Of a stretch of DNA of 49,849 bases, positions 36,867-46,921 are shown one piece after another (position 1 is the stretch's first letter; every line of letters begins with the position of its first letter). Where the stretch lies: contig JAEEMF010000001.1 of assembly GCA_016283075.1 (NCBI GenBank), positions 1 to 49,849 of the forward strand, written 5' to 3'. Both the position numbers and the translations under genes were made by a program. The DNA is from Bacilli bacterium. Its GTDB lineage: Bacteria; Bacillota_I; Bacilli_A; RF39; UBA660. The notes below the pieces were generated by a model. That model saw only the letters and a program-made list of their open reading frames with translations, had not been told where the DNA came from and did not search any database.

Positions 36867-36886
36867 TTAATCACCTCATATATAAC

Positions 36887-36913
36887 ATACGAGATTAATA
36901 TGCCAATTTCCTT
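36887..36913 (-). promoter_or_regulatory. Putative alternative-sigma (SigH-like) competence promoter of radC
   Basis: AAGGA-N16-TCGTAT ending about 21 nt before the ATG; shares TTAATCTCGTAT with the comEA promoter. Confidence 0.6.
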
Positions 36914-36942
36914 CAAAAAAAAATAGAATTTATTAAAAAATT

Positions 36943-37392
36943 CTATTTTTTATTATTAAACATATATATTTCTAAAGTATATTTTACTTCATTTGTTATA
37001 TTAGGATTATTTTTAATACTAGAAAGTGGTTCCCACTTATATGAATCATGCTCTGTTAGTATTATATTATTTATATTTTTTACCTTAATTGCAAAATTAT
37101 ACTGACGAGCTTTCTTACCACTGGATGAAAGATAATCAAATGTGTTTATAAAAGAAAGAACACTTTCTACATCAAGATTTGTTTCTTCTTTTACTTCTCT
37201 AATAAGAGCATCATAAATACTTTCGTTAGGTTCTAGATTACCACTTGGTAGTTCGTCTATACCTCCCATAAAATCATCTGACTTTCTAGTAAGTACTAGT
37301 ACTTTATCGTCATTTACTATTACAGCTCCTACAACATTTTTGATAATACCAACATCTTTTGATTTATTAAGTAATAAATCATAGAAATTCAT
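36943..37392 (-). CDS. NUDIX hydrolase (MutT-like)
   Basis: ELPSGNLEPNESIYDALIREVKEETNL and EHDSYKW; ATG 37392 after GGGGAGG. Confidence 0.9.
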   Translation of the reverse strand: MNFYDLLLNKSKDVGIIKNVVGAVIVNDDKVLVLTRKSDDFMGGIDELPSGNLEPNESIYDALIREVKEETNLDVESVLSFINTFDYLSSSGKKARQYNFAIKVKNINNIILTEHDSYKWEPLSSIKNNPNITNEVKYTLEIYMFNNKK

Positions 37393-37405
37393 AATATACC
37401 TCCCC

Positions 37406-39211
37406 TTAGTTTTTAATTTCAAAACCAGTTCTTTTAAATGATTTTAATAGTTCATAATTTGAATAAAATATCATAGTTGGTCTACCATGTGCACAGTTAA
37501 ATGGATTATCACATTTAGATAAGTCTTCTAGAAGCTTTTCCATTTCTTTAATAGTTATATTTGTATTAGCTCTTATACTCATTTTACAAGCACACATTGC
37601 ATATACTGAGTTTAAGAATTTTTCTATATCAAAGTTCTTTTCTTCTTTTATAACGCTTTCAATAATTCTTTTAATTATTACTTCTTCATTTTTATTAATC
37701 CATACTGGATGAGATTTAATAATAATAGAATTTAATCCAAATTCTTCTACATCAATACCTAATATATCAAGAACTTCTTTATTTTCTTTAAGTATTATAA
37801 AATCAGTATTTGTTAGTTCCATAGTAATTGGAATAATAAGGTCAGTCTTACTAGTAGTTTTTTCTTTTCTAGCTTTTTGTATTCTTTCAAGATTAATTCT
37901 TTCTGCTGCGGCATGTTCATCTACTAAATACATACCATCTTCTGACTGACAAACTATAAATGTACCGTGTATTAATCCTACTGGATACATTTTAGGAAAA
38001 CGACTTTCTTCTTTTACAGGTTCTTCTATAACTACGTCTTCCTTACATGTACATTTATCACTTACTATTAAATCTTCATTTACTGCTATATAAGGAGCAC
38101 TATCATTTACTACATTAAAATTAAGTGCTATTTCTTCATAAGATTCTTTTTTATTAATTTTTTCATTTATTTCATCTTTTAAAGTAGATTCTTCATCATT
38201 AAGATGTTTCTCTACTTTAGGAATAATTGTCTTATGATCTAGTTTTTCTTTTATTAAAGATGTAATTAACTCAGTAAGAGATTCCATCTTACTAAACTTA
38301 ATATCCATTTTAGTAGGATGAATATTAACATCTATTAAAGATGGATCTACTTTAATATCAAGTACTACTATAGGATATCTATTATCTGGTTTATATGAGT
38401 GATATGCATCATTTATAACTCTATTAAGTTCTATATTTCTTACTACTCTACCATTTACTACTATAACAATATAGTTTCTATTAGCTCTTGTTACTTCTGG
38501 ATAACTTATATAACCATTTATTATATAGTCATCATTTTCACCTTTTATTTCATACATTTTTTTTGCTACTTCAAAGCCATATATATCTTTAATAGTTTTT
38601 AAAAGTTCTCCTCTACCATCTGTTTTTAAGATAGTTTGATCATTATTTGTTAAACTAAACTTTATATCAGGATGAGATAAAGCTATTTTATTCATATAAT
38701 CAGTAACACTTGCTAGCTCTGCATATAAACTTTTAATATGTTTAAGTCTAGCTGGAGTATTATAAAATAAATCATTAACACTCATAATAGTTCCGCGTCT
38801 AGCATCACCATTTGTTTGATTAATTAATTTACCTCCAGAAATATGTACTACTGTTCCTACATCTCCTGTACTAGTTTTAAGTACTATATTAGATACACTT
38901 GCTATAGAAGGAAGAGCTTCTCCTCTAAACCCTAATGTATTTATTCTAAATAAATCATCTTCACTTAAAAGTTTACTAGTAGCATGTCTTTGAAAAGCAA
39001 TAACTGCATCTTCTTTATCCATACCTTTTCCATCATCTATTACTCTTATCATTTTAGTACCAGCATCTTCTAGTTCTACACTTATACTTTTAGAATCTGC
39101 GTCTATACTATTTTCTACTAGTTCTTTTACTACGGAAGAACATCTTTCTACTACTTCTCCTGCTGCAATCTTATTTGCAAGTAGTTCATCCATTACATGA
39201 ATTTTACTCAT
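37406..39211 (-). CDS. mutL: DNA mismatch repair endonuclease MutL
   Basis: IAAGEVVER, ELVENSIDA, GFRGEAL, DVNIHPTK, DEHAAAER, ACK and CAHGRP. Confidence 0.98.
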   Translation of the reverse strand: MSKIHVMDELLANKIAAGEVVERCSSVVKELVENSIDADSKSISVELEDAGTKMIRVIDDGKGMDKEDAVIAFQRHATSKLLSEDDLFRINTLGFRGEALPSIASVSNIVLKTSTGDVGTVVHISGGKLINQTNGDARRGTIMSVNDLFYNTPARLKHIKSLYAELASVTDYMNKIALSHPDIKFSLTNNDQTILKTDGRGELLKTIKDIYGFEVAKKMYEIKGENDDYIINGYISYPEVTRANRNYIVIVVNGRVVRNIELNRVINDAYHSYKPDNRYPIVVLDIKVDPSLIDVNIHPTKMDIKFSKMESLTELITSLIKEKLDHKTIIPKVEKHLNDEESTLKDEINEKINKKESYEEIALNFNVVNDSAPYIAVNEDLIVSDKCTCKEDVVIEEPVKEESRFPKMYPVGLIHGTFIVCQSEDGMYLVDEHAAAERINLERIQKARKEKTTSKTDLIIPITMELTNTDFIILKENKEVLDILGIDVEEFGLNSIIIKSHPVWINKNEEVIIKRIIESVIKEEKNFDIEKFLNSVYAMCACKMSIRANTNITIKEMEKLLEDLSKCDNPFNCAHGRPTMIFYSNYELLKSFKRTGFEIKN

Positions 39212-39262
39212 ATAAATCACCTAATATTTATTATATTATAAAAAAGAAAAATAGAGAATACT

Positions 39263-41053
39263 CTATTTTTCTAGTTCTTTTAAATATTCTATTAAATCAG
39301 TAGCTACTTTATTTGAAAGTATACTAGATAATTCATCTATACTTGCTTCTCTCATTTTCTTTAGAGATCCATATTTTTTAAGAAGTTCTTTCTTTCTAGC
39401 AGGTCCTATCCCATCAACATTATCTAGAATGCTTTCTAAGGATCCCTTACTTCTTAGCTGTCTATGATAATTAATAGTATAGTTATGTACTTCATCTTGC
39501 ATTCTTTCTAAATAGTAGAATAAATTACTCTTTTTATCTATTTCGATTTCTTCTAGTGGATAGAATGCAAGGAGTCCTTCAGTGCTATGGTGGTTATCTT
39601 TTTTAAGTCCTACTACGGGAATATCTAAGTTTAAAGATGATATTATCTCTCTAGCTGCGTTTATTTGACCAACTCCTCCATCAACAATAATTAGATCTGG
39701 TCTTTCTAAATCATCCATAAGAACTCTATAATATCTTCTATAAATAACTTCTCTCATAGAAGCATAATCATCATTTTTATCTATACTTATCTTATATTTA
39801 CGATAATCATTTTTACTAGGTTTACCATTTTTAAATACGACCATACCAGATACTGTATAAGTACCAAATAGATGAGCATTATCAAATAGTTCTATTCTAT
39901 CTAGTTTATCTAAATGAAGTATTTCTCTAAGTGATTCATTAGCATTAATAGTTTTATCTTCATCTTTCTTAATAAGCTCAAATTTCTCATATAAGGCTTG
40001 TTTAGCATTATCATTTGCCATTTTAAGTAAATTCTTCTTTGAACCTTTTACTGGCGTTAAAACTGGTATATTTAAGTAATTAGAAAGCAGTTCTTTATCG
40101 ATTATATCTGGAACTAATATTTCCTTAGGAGGAATAATATCTTTTTCATAGAATGACGCTATATAATTTGTTAAATCTTCTTTGATATCATCTACTAAAG
40201 GAAATATCTTAGAACGCCTTTCTAAAATCTTACCACCTCTAATAAAGAATACTTGGATAGATAAATATCCTTTATCTGTATAATATCCAAAGATATCTCT
40301 ATTTGTAATATCATTTATTTCAACTTTTTGTTTAGTTAAAGTAACATTTAAATAATCAAGCATCTCCTTATATTCTTTAGCTTTTTCAAAGTTAAGCTTT
40401 TCAGACGCATTATTCATTTCTTCTTTAAGTTTCTTTATAACAATATCATCATTGCCGTGTAAGAATGAAAGTATTTCACTTTCCATTTGTTTTATTTTTT
40501 CTTCTTCTACTTTTAAAGCGCAGTATCCTAAACACTCCCCTATATGGTAATAAAGACAAGGAGTCTTTTCATAAGTCTTACATTTAGGTAAAGGATATAA
40601 TCTATTAAGTAGATTTACCGTATAACGGCATGCCGTAACATTAGGAAAAGGACCAAACATTCTAGAATGATTCTTTCTCTTTCTATTAATGTTTCTTACT
40701 ACATTAAGTCTTGGTACTTTATCAGTAGTAAGTTCTATATAAGGATAACTTTTATCATCTCTAAGGAGAATATTATACTTAGGATCATATTTTTTAATTA
40801 AGTTTATTTCAAGAACAAGTGATTCTGTTTCAGTATCTACTACTATATATTCAAAATCATATATTTCACTAACAAGTTTAGCAGTCTTACCAGTTTGAGT
40901 TCTATTAAAGTATGAAGATACTCTTTTATGTAAGTTTTTAGCTTTTCCTACATAGATGATTACTCCATCTTTATTCTTCATTTGATAAGATCCTGGCTTA
41001 TTAGGAACAAGTTTTAATTTATCTTGAATTCTTTTCTTAACACTTTCATCCAT
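39263..41053 (-). CDS. uvrC: Excinuclease ABC subunit C
   Basis: GIY-YIG (IIYVGKAKNL), YNILLRDDKSYPY, DDYASM, PDLIIVDGG and C-terminal HhH. Confidence 0.98.
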   Translation of the reverse strand: MDESVKKRIQDKLKLVPNKPGSYQMKNKDGVIIYVGKAKNLHKRVSSYFNRTQTGKTAKLVSEIYDFEYIVVDTETESLVLEINLIKKYDPKYNILLRDDKSYPYIELTTDKVPRLNVVRNINRKRKNHSRMFGPFPNVTACRYTVNLLNRLYPLPKCKTYEKTPCLYYHIGECLGYCALKVEEEKIKQMESEILSFLHGNDDIVIKKLKEEMNNASEKLNFEKAKEYKEMLDYLNVTLTKQKVEINDITNRDIFGYYTDKGYLSIQVFFIRGGKILERRSKIFPLVDDIKEDLTNYIASFYEKDIIPPKEILVPDIIDKELLSNYLNIPVLTPVKGSKKNLLKMANDNAKQALYEKFELIKKDEDKTINANESLREILHLDKLDRIELFDNAHLFGTYTVSGMVVFKNGKPSKNDYRKYKISIDKNDDYASMREVIYRRYYRVLMDDLERPDLIIVDGGVGQINAAREIISSLNLDIPVVGLKKDNHHSTEGLLAFYPLEEIEIDKKSNLFYYLERMQDEVHNYTINYHRQLRSKGSLESILDNVDGIGPARKKELLKKYGSLKKMREASIDELSSILSNKVATDLIEYLKELEK

Positions 41054-41067
41054 AAAGATTCTCCTTT

Positions 41068-41451
41068 CTAATATTTTCTTTTATTACTATTATTAAATCC
41101 TTTTGTATTTATTAAAGATTTAACCTTTCTATTATTTTTCTTAATACTTTGTTTATTTTCAAATGGTGGATACATATTATTTAAATATCTAATATCATAA
41201 TTTGATATATGAGTATACCTAATTAGTTCATCTGAAAAAGTATTTAATAAAGAAAACATTCTTTTATATCTTTCTTCTACTAAAGATACTTCTTCATTTA
41301 ATAAATCTAATACCTCACATACTTCTATTACATAATCATCAAAAGATATTTTATTATCTTCTACGGTATAATCAATACCTTCTTTAACAAGCTCTTTAAT
41401 AAGTTTTCTCATAGTTAAACCTACGTCACTGGTATAAATAATATTTGGCAT
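41068..41451 (-). CDS. Hypothetical protein
   Basis: GGTGA RBS and TGCTATAAT promoter; upstream of uvrC; basic C-terminus. Confidence 0.6.
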   Translation of the reverse strand: MPNIIYTSDVGLTMRKLIKELVKEGIDYTVEDNKISFDDYVIEVCEVLDLLNEEVSLVEERYKRMFSLLNTFSDELIRYTHISNYDIRYLNNMYPPFENKQSIKKNNRKVKSLINTKGFNNSNKRKY

Positions 41452-41524
41452 ATATATCACCAACTTTATTATAGCATATTTGTCAATAATACCTTTTTAG
41501 TATATAATTTAGTCAGGTGATATT

Positions 41525-42115
41525 ATGAAAACTATCTCTAGTAATGTAGAAAATGAAATAGTTATTAATAAATCTAGATTTATTTGCAGGATATATAAAG
41601 TATATAGTGAGGATGAAGTTCTTAATATACTTAGTAATATAAAAAAAGAATATAAAGACGCAACTCATTATTGCTACTCATATATAATAGATAATACTAA
41701 AAGATTTAATGATGATGGAGAGCCTGGTGGTACAGCAGGAATGCCAATATTAAACGTTTTAGAAAGTAATAATTTAAATTATATACTTGCAGTAGTAATA
41801 AGATACTTTGGTGGTATTAAACTAGGTGCTGGAGGTTTAGTAAGAGCATATACTAACTCTGTTGTAGAAGCCTTAAATAAAGGAGCATTTAAGGAAATTA
41901 AAAAAGGTATTAATATAACAATTAACTTTTCATATGATAAAGTTAAATTAATAGATAATACCTTAAAAAATATAAATATTAAAAATAAAGATTTTAATGA
42001 ACTTATAACATATAACTTTGATATCAATATAGAAGACTATAATAATATTAAAGAAATACTAAATCAAAATGTATCTGATATATCTATAAAAGAAGATATC
42101 TTTATAGAAGAATAG
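41525..42115 (+). CDS. yigZ: YigZ/IMPACT family protein
   Basis: KSRFI, ATHYCYSY, DDGEPGGTAG and RYFGGIKLGAGGLVRAY. Confidence 0.95.
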   Translation: MKTISSNVENEIVINKSRFICRIYKVYSEDEVLNILSNIKKEYKDATHYCYSYIIDNTKRFNDDGEPGGTAGMPILNVLESNNLNYILAVVIRYFGGIKLGAGGLVRAYTNSVVEALNKGAFKEIKKGINITINFSYDKVKLIDNTLKNINIKNKDFNELITYNFDINIEDYNNIKEILNQNVSDISIKEDIFIEE

Positions 42116-42150
42116 AAAAAAGAGGTTTTAAAACCTCTTTTTTATTTTAA
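42116..42150. repeat. Bidirectional terminator, copy 1 of a ~34-bp direct repeat
   Basis: AAAAAAGAGGTTTTAAAACCTCTTTTTTATTTTAA; near-identical to 42576-42608. Confidence 0.75.
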
Positions 42151-42552
42151 ATAAAGTTCTACTTCATATTTAATAGATTTCCAAACATCTCTTAAACCCG
42201 AATAAGATAATTTATCATATACGTCATCAAAAGGAACCCAAATAGTTGGATGAGTATCAGGACTATCATTATTACTAGGTCCTCCATCCTTACCTAAAAA
42301 GTAATACATTCTTACATCTTCTCCACCAGATGTAACATATTCTTCGATATATATACATTCCTTTTTAAGTAAAATGCATTCTCTTTTAGTTTCCTCTGCA
42401 GTTTCTCTAAGAGCACATTCTTCAACTGTTTCGCCTAGTTCTATATGCCCTTTTGGAAAAGAAAAATCATTTTGCTTTTCACGATATACAAGCGCGACTG
42501 TTTTATTAGTAGGATTAATCATTATACAACCAGCTTTAATAACCTTACTCAT
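42142..42552 (-). CDS. NUDIX hydrolase (Ap4A-hydrolase-like FPKGH type)
   Basis: FSFPKGHIELGETVEECALRETAEET; ATG 42552 after GGAGGT. Confidence 0.9.
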   Translation of the reverse strand: MSKVIKAGCIMINPTNKTVALVYREKQNDFSFPKGHIELGETVEECALRETAEETKRECILLKKECIYIEEYVTSGGEDVRMYYFLGKDGGPSNNDSPDTHPTIWVPFDDVYDKLSYSGLRDVWKSIKYEVELYLK

Positions 42553-42575
42553 TTGTACCTCCAAATTTTACTAGT

Positions 42576-42608
42576 AAAAAAGAGGCTTTAAACCTCTTCT
42601 TATTTTAA
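42576..42608. repeat. Terminator, copy 2 of the ~34-bp direct repeat
   Basis: AAAAAAGAGGCTTTAAACCTCTTCTTATTTTAA. Confidence 0.7.
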
Positions 42609-43340
42609 TGAATCTTTATTTATTTCAGAAACATTATTTACTGCTGCAAAGAATACTGCAAGTGTTAAATCATCTTCAATTTTAGATCCTGATTTTAAAT
42701 TAAATAGAATCTTATAAACATATCCATCTTTATCTACCCAGCAAGCAGCATCTGTATCTTTAGTAAATCTAATATCATTTACTGAAGTATCAGCAATAAC
42801 TCTTTTCATAACAGCTTTACTAACTTTAAATGAATATTTTTGATATGCTTCTCCACTTATTTCTTCAGTAACTGGTTTTTCAACACTTTTAGCTTTTAAT
42901 AATGTTTTTAAGAATAAATCTGTATCAGTAAACGGAACTTTCTTATCAGTTTTTTCATAAGTTCCAGTTTCTTCAACGATTTCACCATCTTCACCGATAG
43001 TTGCACCAAAATCATAACCTAATTCTAATTCATCATTATCTTTTTCAGGAGCAATATATTCATAGTTTACTCCATCAACTCTATAATAAGTTTTATTATT
43101 ATTTGAATCTACTATTTTAAATCCTTTATTTAAATAGTTTTGAACTAAAAAAATATCACTTACCTTTTCACCATTATATAAACCATATAATCTAATATTA
43201 ACTTGATATCCAGATATTTGATTTTTACCAGATCCAACGCTCATCTTCTTATAAGCACTATATAGATCAGCCTTTCCACATCCAGTTAATAATAAAGTAA
43301 TACCTAAAAGTGAAATAAATAATTTTAATTTATTTTTCAT
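42600..43340 (-). CDS. Lipoprotein of unknown function
   Basis: Signal peptide with lipobox LLLTGC; beta-rich body with an acidic insertion. Confidence 0.8.
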   Translation of the reverse strand: MKNKLKLFISLLGITLLLTGCGKADLYSAYKKMSVGSGKNQISGYQVNIRLYGLYNGEKVSDIFLVQNYLNKGFKIVDSNNNKTYYRVDGVNYEYIAPEKDNDELELGYDFGATIGEDGEIVEETGTYEKTDKKVPFTDTDLFLKTLLKAKSVEKPVTEEISGEAYQKYSFKVSKAVMKRVIADTSVNDIRFTKDTDAACWVDKDGYVYKILFNLKSGSKIEDDLTLAVFFAAVNNVSEINKDSLK

Positions 43341-43418
43341 AAGAACCTCTCCTATTCTCTATAATTAATAATATAACATAGCACCAAATTAGTCAAGATT
43401 TCTTAGCTAATTAAAGTA

Positions 43419-43769
43419 CTATTTTAAATTGTTATAAAAATCTTTTATAAAGTTAATTATATCTTCATTATTTTCTTTTACTTTAGGTAAAGTAAGTAAT
43501 TCATCTAGGGAGAAATATTCTCCGTCTTTAGTAGTATCTACTTCATAAAAATAATGATGATAAGTTCTATTTTCATTATGTGATACTGAGTATTTATCAT
43601 GTACTTTATCAAATAGTAGTTTTACTTTATCAGTATTATACATATCTTTTATAGTATTAATATCATTACCTTTTATATTAGGAAATAAATACATACCCCA
43701 TCTATCATCAAAATAGTTTAAATATTTATTACCTTTTTTAATAATTATTATTGAGTGAACACTTTCCAT
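43419..43769 (-). CDS. Hypothetical protein, possibly NUDIX-fold lacking the Nudix box
   Basis: SIIIIKKGNKYL...RWGMYLFP and YFSLDEL mimic the strands that flank a Nudix box, but no REUXEE helix; start placed at ATG 43769. Confidence 0.6.
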   Translation of the reverse strand: MESVHSIIIIKKGNKYLNYFDDRWGMYLFPNIKGNDINTIKDMYNTDKVKLLFDKVHDKYSVSHNENRTYHHYFYEVDTTKDGEYFSLDELLTLPKVKENNEDIINFIKDFYNNLK

Positions 43770-43818
43770 ATTTAATCTCTTTTCTATTATATATTTATAA
43801 TTATACATTAAAGTTTAT

Positions 43819-43844
43819 AAAAAAGATACAACTAAGTTGTATCT
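43819..43844 (-). terminator. Intrinsic terminator
   Basis: AGATACAAC-taa-GTTGTATCT with a U-tract on the minus strand. Confidence 0.75.
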
Positions 43845-45471
43845 AGTTTTCAAATAAAGTTTTCCCTGAGTAAGTATAGTAACTTTCTTTACCATTTTTT
43901 CTTACTTTAATATATTCATCTGTATATAGTACGTCACCTTCAAGTTTTAATATAACTTTCTTAGTATTTAAATCTACTACTTCTTCATAGTCGTTATACT
44001 TAGCCGATGCATAATCTTTACCAAGTTTAGTACGTACTGTTATATCACAATCAGAACATGAATATATTTCATTTTCTTTTTTATCTAAAAGAGAATATTT
44101 ATCATTAATTTTAACACTGTAATAACTATTATTATCAGTTTTTTCATAATAAATATTATCATATTCTTTAGAAAGTTTATTTCCTTTAGAATTCATTAAA
44201 TAATACTTTTCATCAGTTTTAACTCTATATATATTATCTTTAGATGGATTAAATACTTTAAATCCATAATTAAATGCTTCTTTACCATCTAAAGTAAATA
44301 CATGATATAACTGATCTTTTCTATTATATAATGCGTAGAATTCTTTAACGTTTAAATTTTGTAAATAAGTAGTTTTAATTTGATAATCTTTTAATCTTTT
44401 TACTTCTTTATCATTTCTTATAAATACAACTTCACCAGAATCCATCTTAACATAGTTATGTTCATCATAGAAGAACTCATTTTTAGAATACTCTCTTCCT
44501 AATTTATAATCACTTGTTAAGAAATAATCATCATAAGAAGATTTTGCTCTTGTACAAAGAATAGTATCATCTACTTCATCAATATCGTAGCAGTTTTCAT
44601 CTACATCTATTACTTTACCTCTAGAAATTACTTTATGTTCTTTTCTATTAGGACTACTATTTAAATCACGGCAGTGACTTAATAAAGTATCTCCACTTGA
44701 TAAGTCTTCCATACAATATTCAGTATCAGATTCAAATTTAGTTATAAGTTTATCATTTGATTTATCAAATAAATAATTAGTTCCTTCTAAGAATATAAGA
44801 GCATATTTATTATTTGCATATATTCCAGTATCATCATTATATTTGCTTTCATATCCTTTAACATTTTCCCTAATTAATTCTTTACCATCTTTACCAAATA
44901 CGATAAATTCTTTTTTATTACTAATAGTTATATAGTAATCTCCCATATCTTCTACTGAATATCCAGTAGCATCAAATACTTCTTTACCACTACTTGTAAT
45001 AATATTAGTTTTACCATCTTCATAAAGTGTTAAATAATATCCAGAACTTGTATAAAGTGAGCTTGGACTAGTTGCAGAAACAACTGCATATCCTTTTTCA
45101 TCAAGTACTAATGATGTATTACCAGTTCTAGCAAATGCTTTTCCATCAAATGGAGTAGATACTGAAGTATAAACAAAGTCTGTTAGTTTATCTCCATCTG
45201 CATTAAATAAAGCATATTTACTAGTACTACTATTTTTTAAGAAGAATATTACTTTCTTTAAATTAACATTATTTTCTTTATTAGAAGTTTCTTCTTTAGT
45301 ATCATTTCCTTTTAAAAGGAATAATGAAATTACTCCAAGTACTAAAACAAGTACTCCTCCTATTATTATAAGTGGAAGTTTACTACTTTTCTTAGGACTA
45401 TTTGTTACATTAGTTCCGCAGTTAGGACAAAAACTTCCTGTAAAACTTGTACCACAATTTGGGCAGTTCAT
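43843..45471 (-). CDS. Zinc-ribbon, single-TM, extracellular beta-repeat (WG-repeat-like) protein
   Basis: CPNCG...FCPNCG, one TM, then repeated K-Y-x-L-x-[ND]-x-x-G-K units. Confidence 0.8.
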   Translation of the reverse strand: MNCPNCGTSFTGSFCPNCGTNVTNSPKKSSKLPLIIIGGVLVLVLGVISLFLLKGNDTKEETSNKENNVNLKKVIFFLKNSSTSKYALFNADGDKLTDFVYTSVSTPFDGKAFARTGNTSLVLDEKGYAVVSATSPSSLYTSSGYYLTLYEDGKTNIITSSGKEVFDATGYSVEDMGDYYITISNKKEFIVFGKDGKELIRENVKGYESKYNDDTGIYANNKYALIFLEGTNYLFDKSNDKLITKFESDTEYCMEDLSSGDTLLSHCRDLNSSPNRKEHKVISRGKVIDVDENCYDIDEVDDTILCTRAKSSYDDYFLTSDYKLGREYSKNEFFYDEHNYVKMDSGEVVFIRNDKEVKRLKDYQIKTTYLQNLNVKEFYALYNRKDQLYHVFTLDGKEAFNYGFKVFNPSKDNIYRVKTDEKYYLMNSKGNKLSKEYDNIYYEKTDNNSYYSVKINDKYSLLDKKENEIYSCSDCDITVRTKLGKDYASAKYNDYEEVVDLNTKKVILKLEGDVLYTDEYIKVRKNGKESYYTYSGKTLFEN

Positions 45472-45515
45472 ATACACACATCCTTTACCATAACTAATTA
45501 TAACAAAAAAACTAG

Positions 45516-45959
45516 TTAGATACTAGTTTTTACATATGGTTTTACACCATTTTCTTTTAACGATTCAAATTCTTCTTTTGTATGAAAAGAATTACTTACA
45601 AGTTTGCCATTTTTAACTTCTTTTTCAAGTTCATGAAGATGTCTATTAGTACCAATTCTATCTACAATATCATCAAATGATAACTTTGAATATAATACTA
45701 AATAATCTGAATAAGAAGTAAGACCACACTTAATACATCCATAGTAGTGACCATTAAATTCATTATCAGATATCACTACTATTTCATGATTACATTCTCT
45801 ATATTTATCTAGACTAGCTTCTTCTAAAGATGAATCAATATTACCTATTGCACTAGCTAAACTAGCATAAGTTCTTACTTTTGGATCACTCATTAACTTC
45901 TTCATTTTATCAAGTATAGTTTTTTTACTAGCATTTAGTCTTTCATATGATGTATTCAC
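45516..45959 (-). CDS. Hypothetical protein with C-x-H...C-x2-C metal-binding motif
   Basis: CNHEIVV...YYGCIKCG; GTG start after GAGGTGA. Confidence 0.65.
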   Translation of the reverse strand: MNTSYERLNASKKTILDKMKKLMSDPKVRTYASLASAIGNIDSSLEEASLDKYRECNHEIVVISDNEFNGHYYGCIKCGLTSYSDYLVLYSKLSFDDIVDRIGTNRHLHELEKEVKNGKLVSNSFHTKEEFESLKENGVKPYVKTSI

Positions 45960-45996
45960 ACTTTCACCTCTTTTGGTAAATGATATTATACTACAT

Positions 45997-46023
45997 AAAA
46001 AAGATTAAGCAAGGCTTAATCTT
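45997..46023 (-). terminator. Intrinsic terminator after the EamA gene
   Basis: AAGATTAAGC-aag-GCTTAATCTT with a U-tract on the minus strand. Confidence 0.75.
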
Positions 46024-46921
46024 AAATATCCATAAATGCTAGTATTACTATACCTATTACTGCTATAAAAAGGAATAAGTATTTTGTTTTAGATAATTTT
46101 TCTTTTAGGAATATACTAGATAATATCATGGATAAAATACAGTAACTTCCTACGATAGAAGCATTAATAGTAGAATCTGCACCCATAGCAAATACATAGA
46201 AGAACTGTCCTAGTGTTTCAAGTCCTGCAGCAGTCCACATACTAATATTCTTTTTAAAAGTAATTTTTTCTTTTTTCTTACTTAAATAAATAATACCAAT
46301 AATTGCTACTACTAAGAATGTATATTCATAACTTACTAAAGCTATATTTTCACTTACTATTCCAAATTTATCTAAGTATAAAGCATCTAAGAATGTCCCT
46401 AGTCCATCTATTACGCAGTATCCTACTGGAAATAGTATTGCTAAAATACTTTTTGTTTTAGATACTTTTACTACTTTATTTTCTTTCTTTTCAATTAAAG
46501 ATACAAAGAAAACTCCAATAAATATTAAAAAGAATGCTAAATATGCTACCCATGGTAGAGTCTCTTTAAAAAATAATAGTAGTAATAAACTTGTTATAAC
46601 ACCACTTGTATTTTGTACAGGACTTGAAATAGAAAGTTCTATATATTTAAGTCCTTTATATCCTATATACATAGAAAGAATATAACACATAGATACTGGT
46701 AAATACTTAACTGAATCTAATAAATTAGAACCAAAGTTATTAAAGGTAATTCCATTATAAATAATGAATCCAGTTGCATATATACCCATTACTATACCTA
46801 CAACAATAGCTGTTTTTAAATCACTATATTTATCTTTATCATTATTAGATTTTTTATAAAATAAATCAGCAGTCCCCCAAAAAGCAAAACAAAGTAAACT
46901 AAATAATGTACTTATTTTCAT
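46022..46921 (-). CDS. EamA/DMT family transporter
   Basis: About 10 TM in two repeats; FWGTADLFYK, LSISSPV, FFKETL and IFLKEKL. Confidence 0.88.
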   Translation of the reverse strand: MKISTLFSLLCFAFWGTADLFYKKSNNDKDKYSDLKTAIVVGIVMGIYATGFIIYNGITFNNFGSNLLDSVKYLPVSMCYILSMYIGYKGLKYIELSISSPVQNTSGVITSLLLLLFFKETLPWVAYLAFFLIFIGVFFVSLIEKKENKVVKVSKTKSILAILFPVGYCVIDGLGTFLDALYLDKFGIVSENIALVSYEYTFLVVAIIGIIYLSKKKEKITFKKNISMWTAAGLETLGQFFYVFAMGADSTINASIVGSYCILSMILSSIFLKEKLSKTKYLFLFIAVIGIVILAFMDI

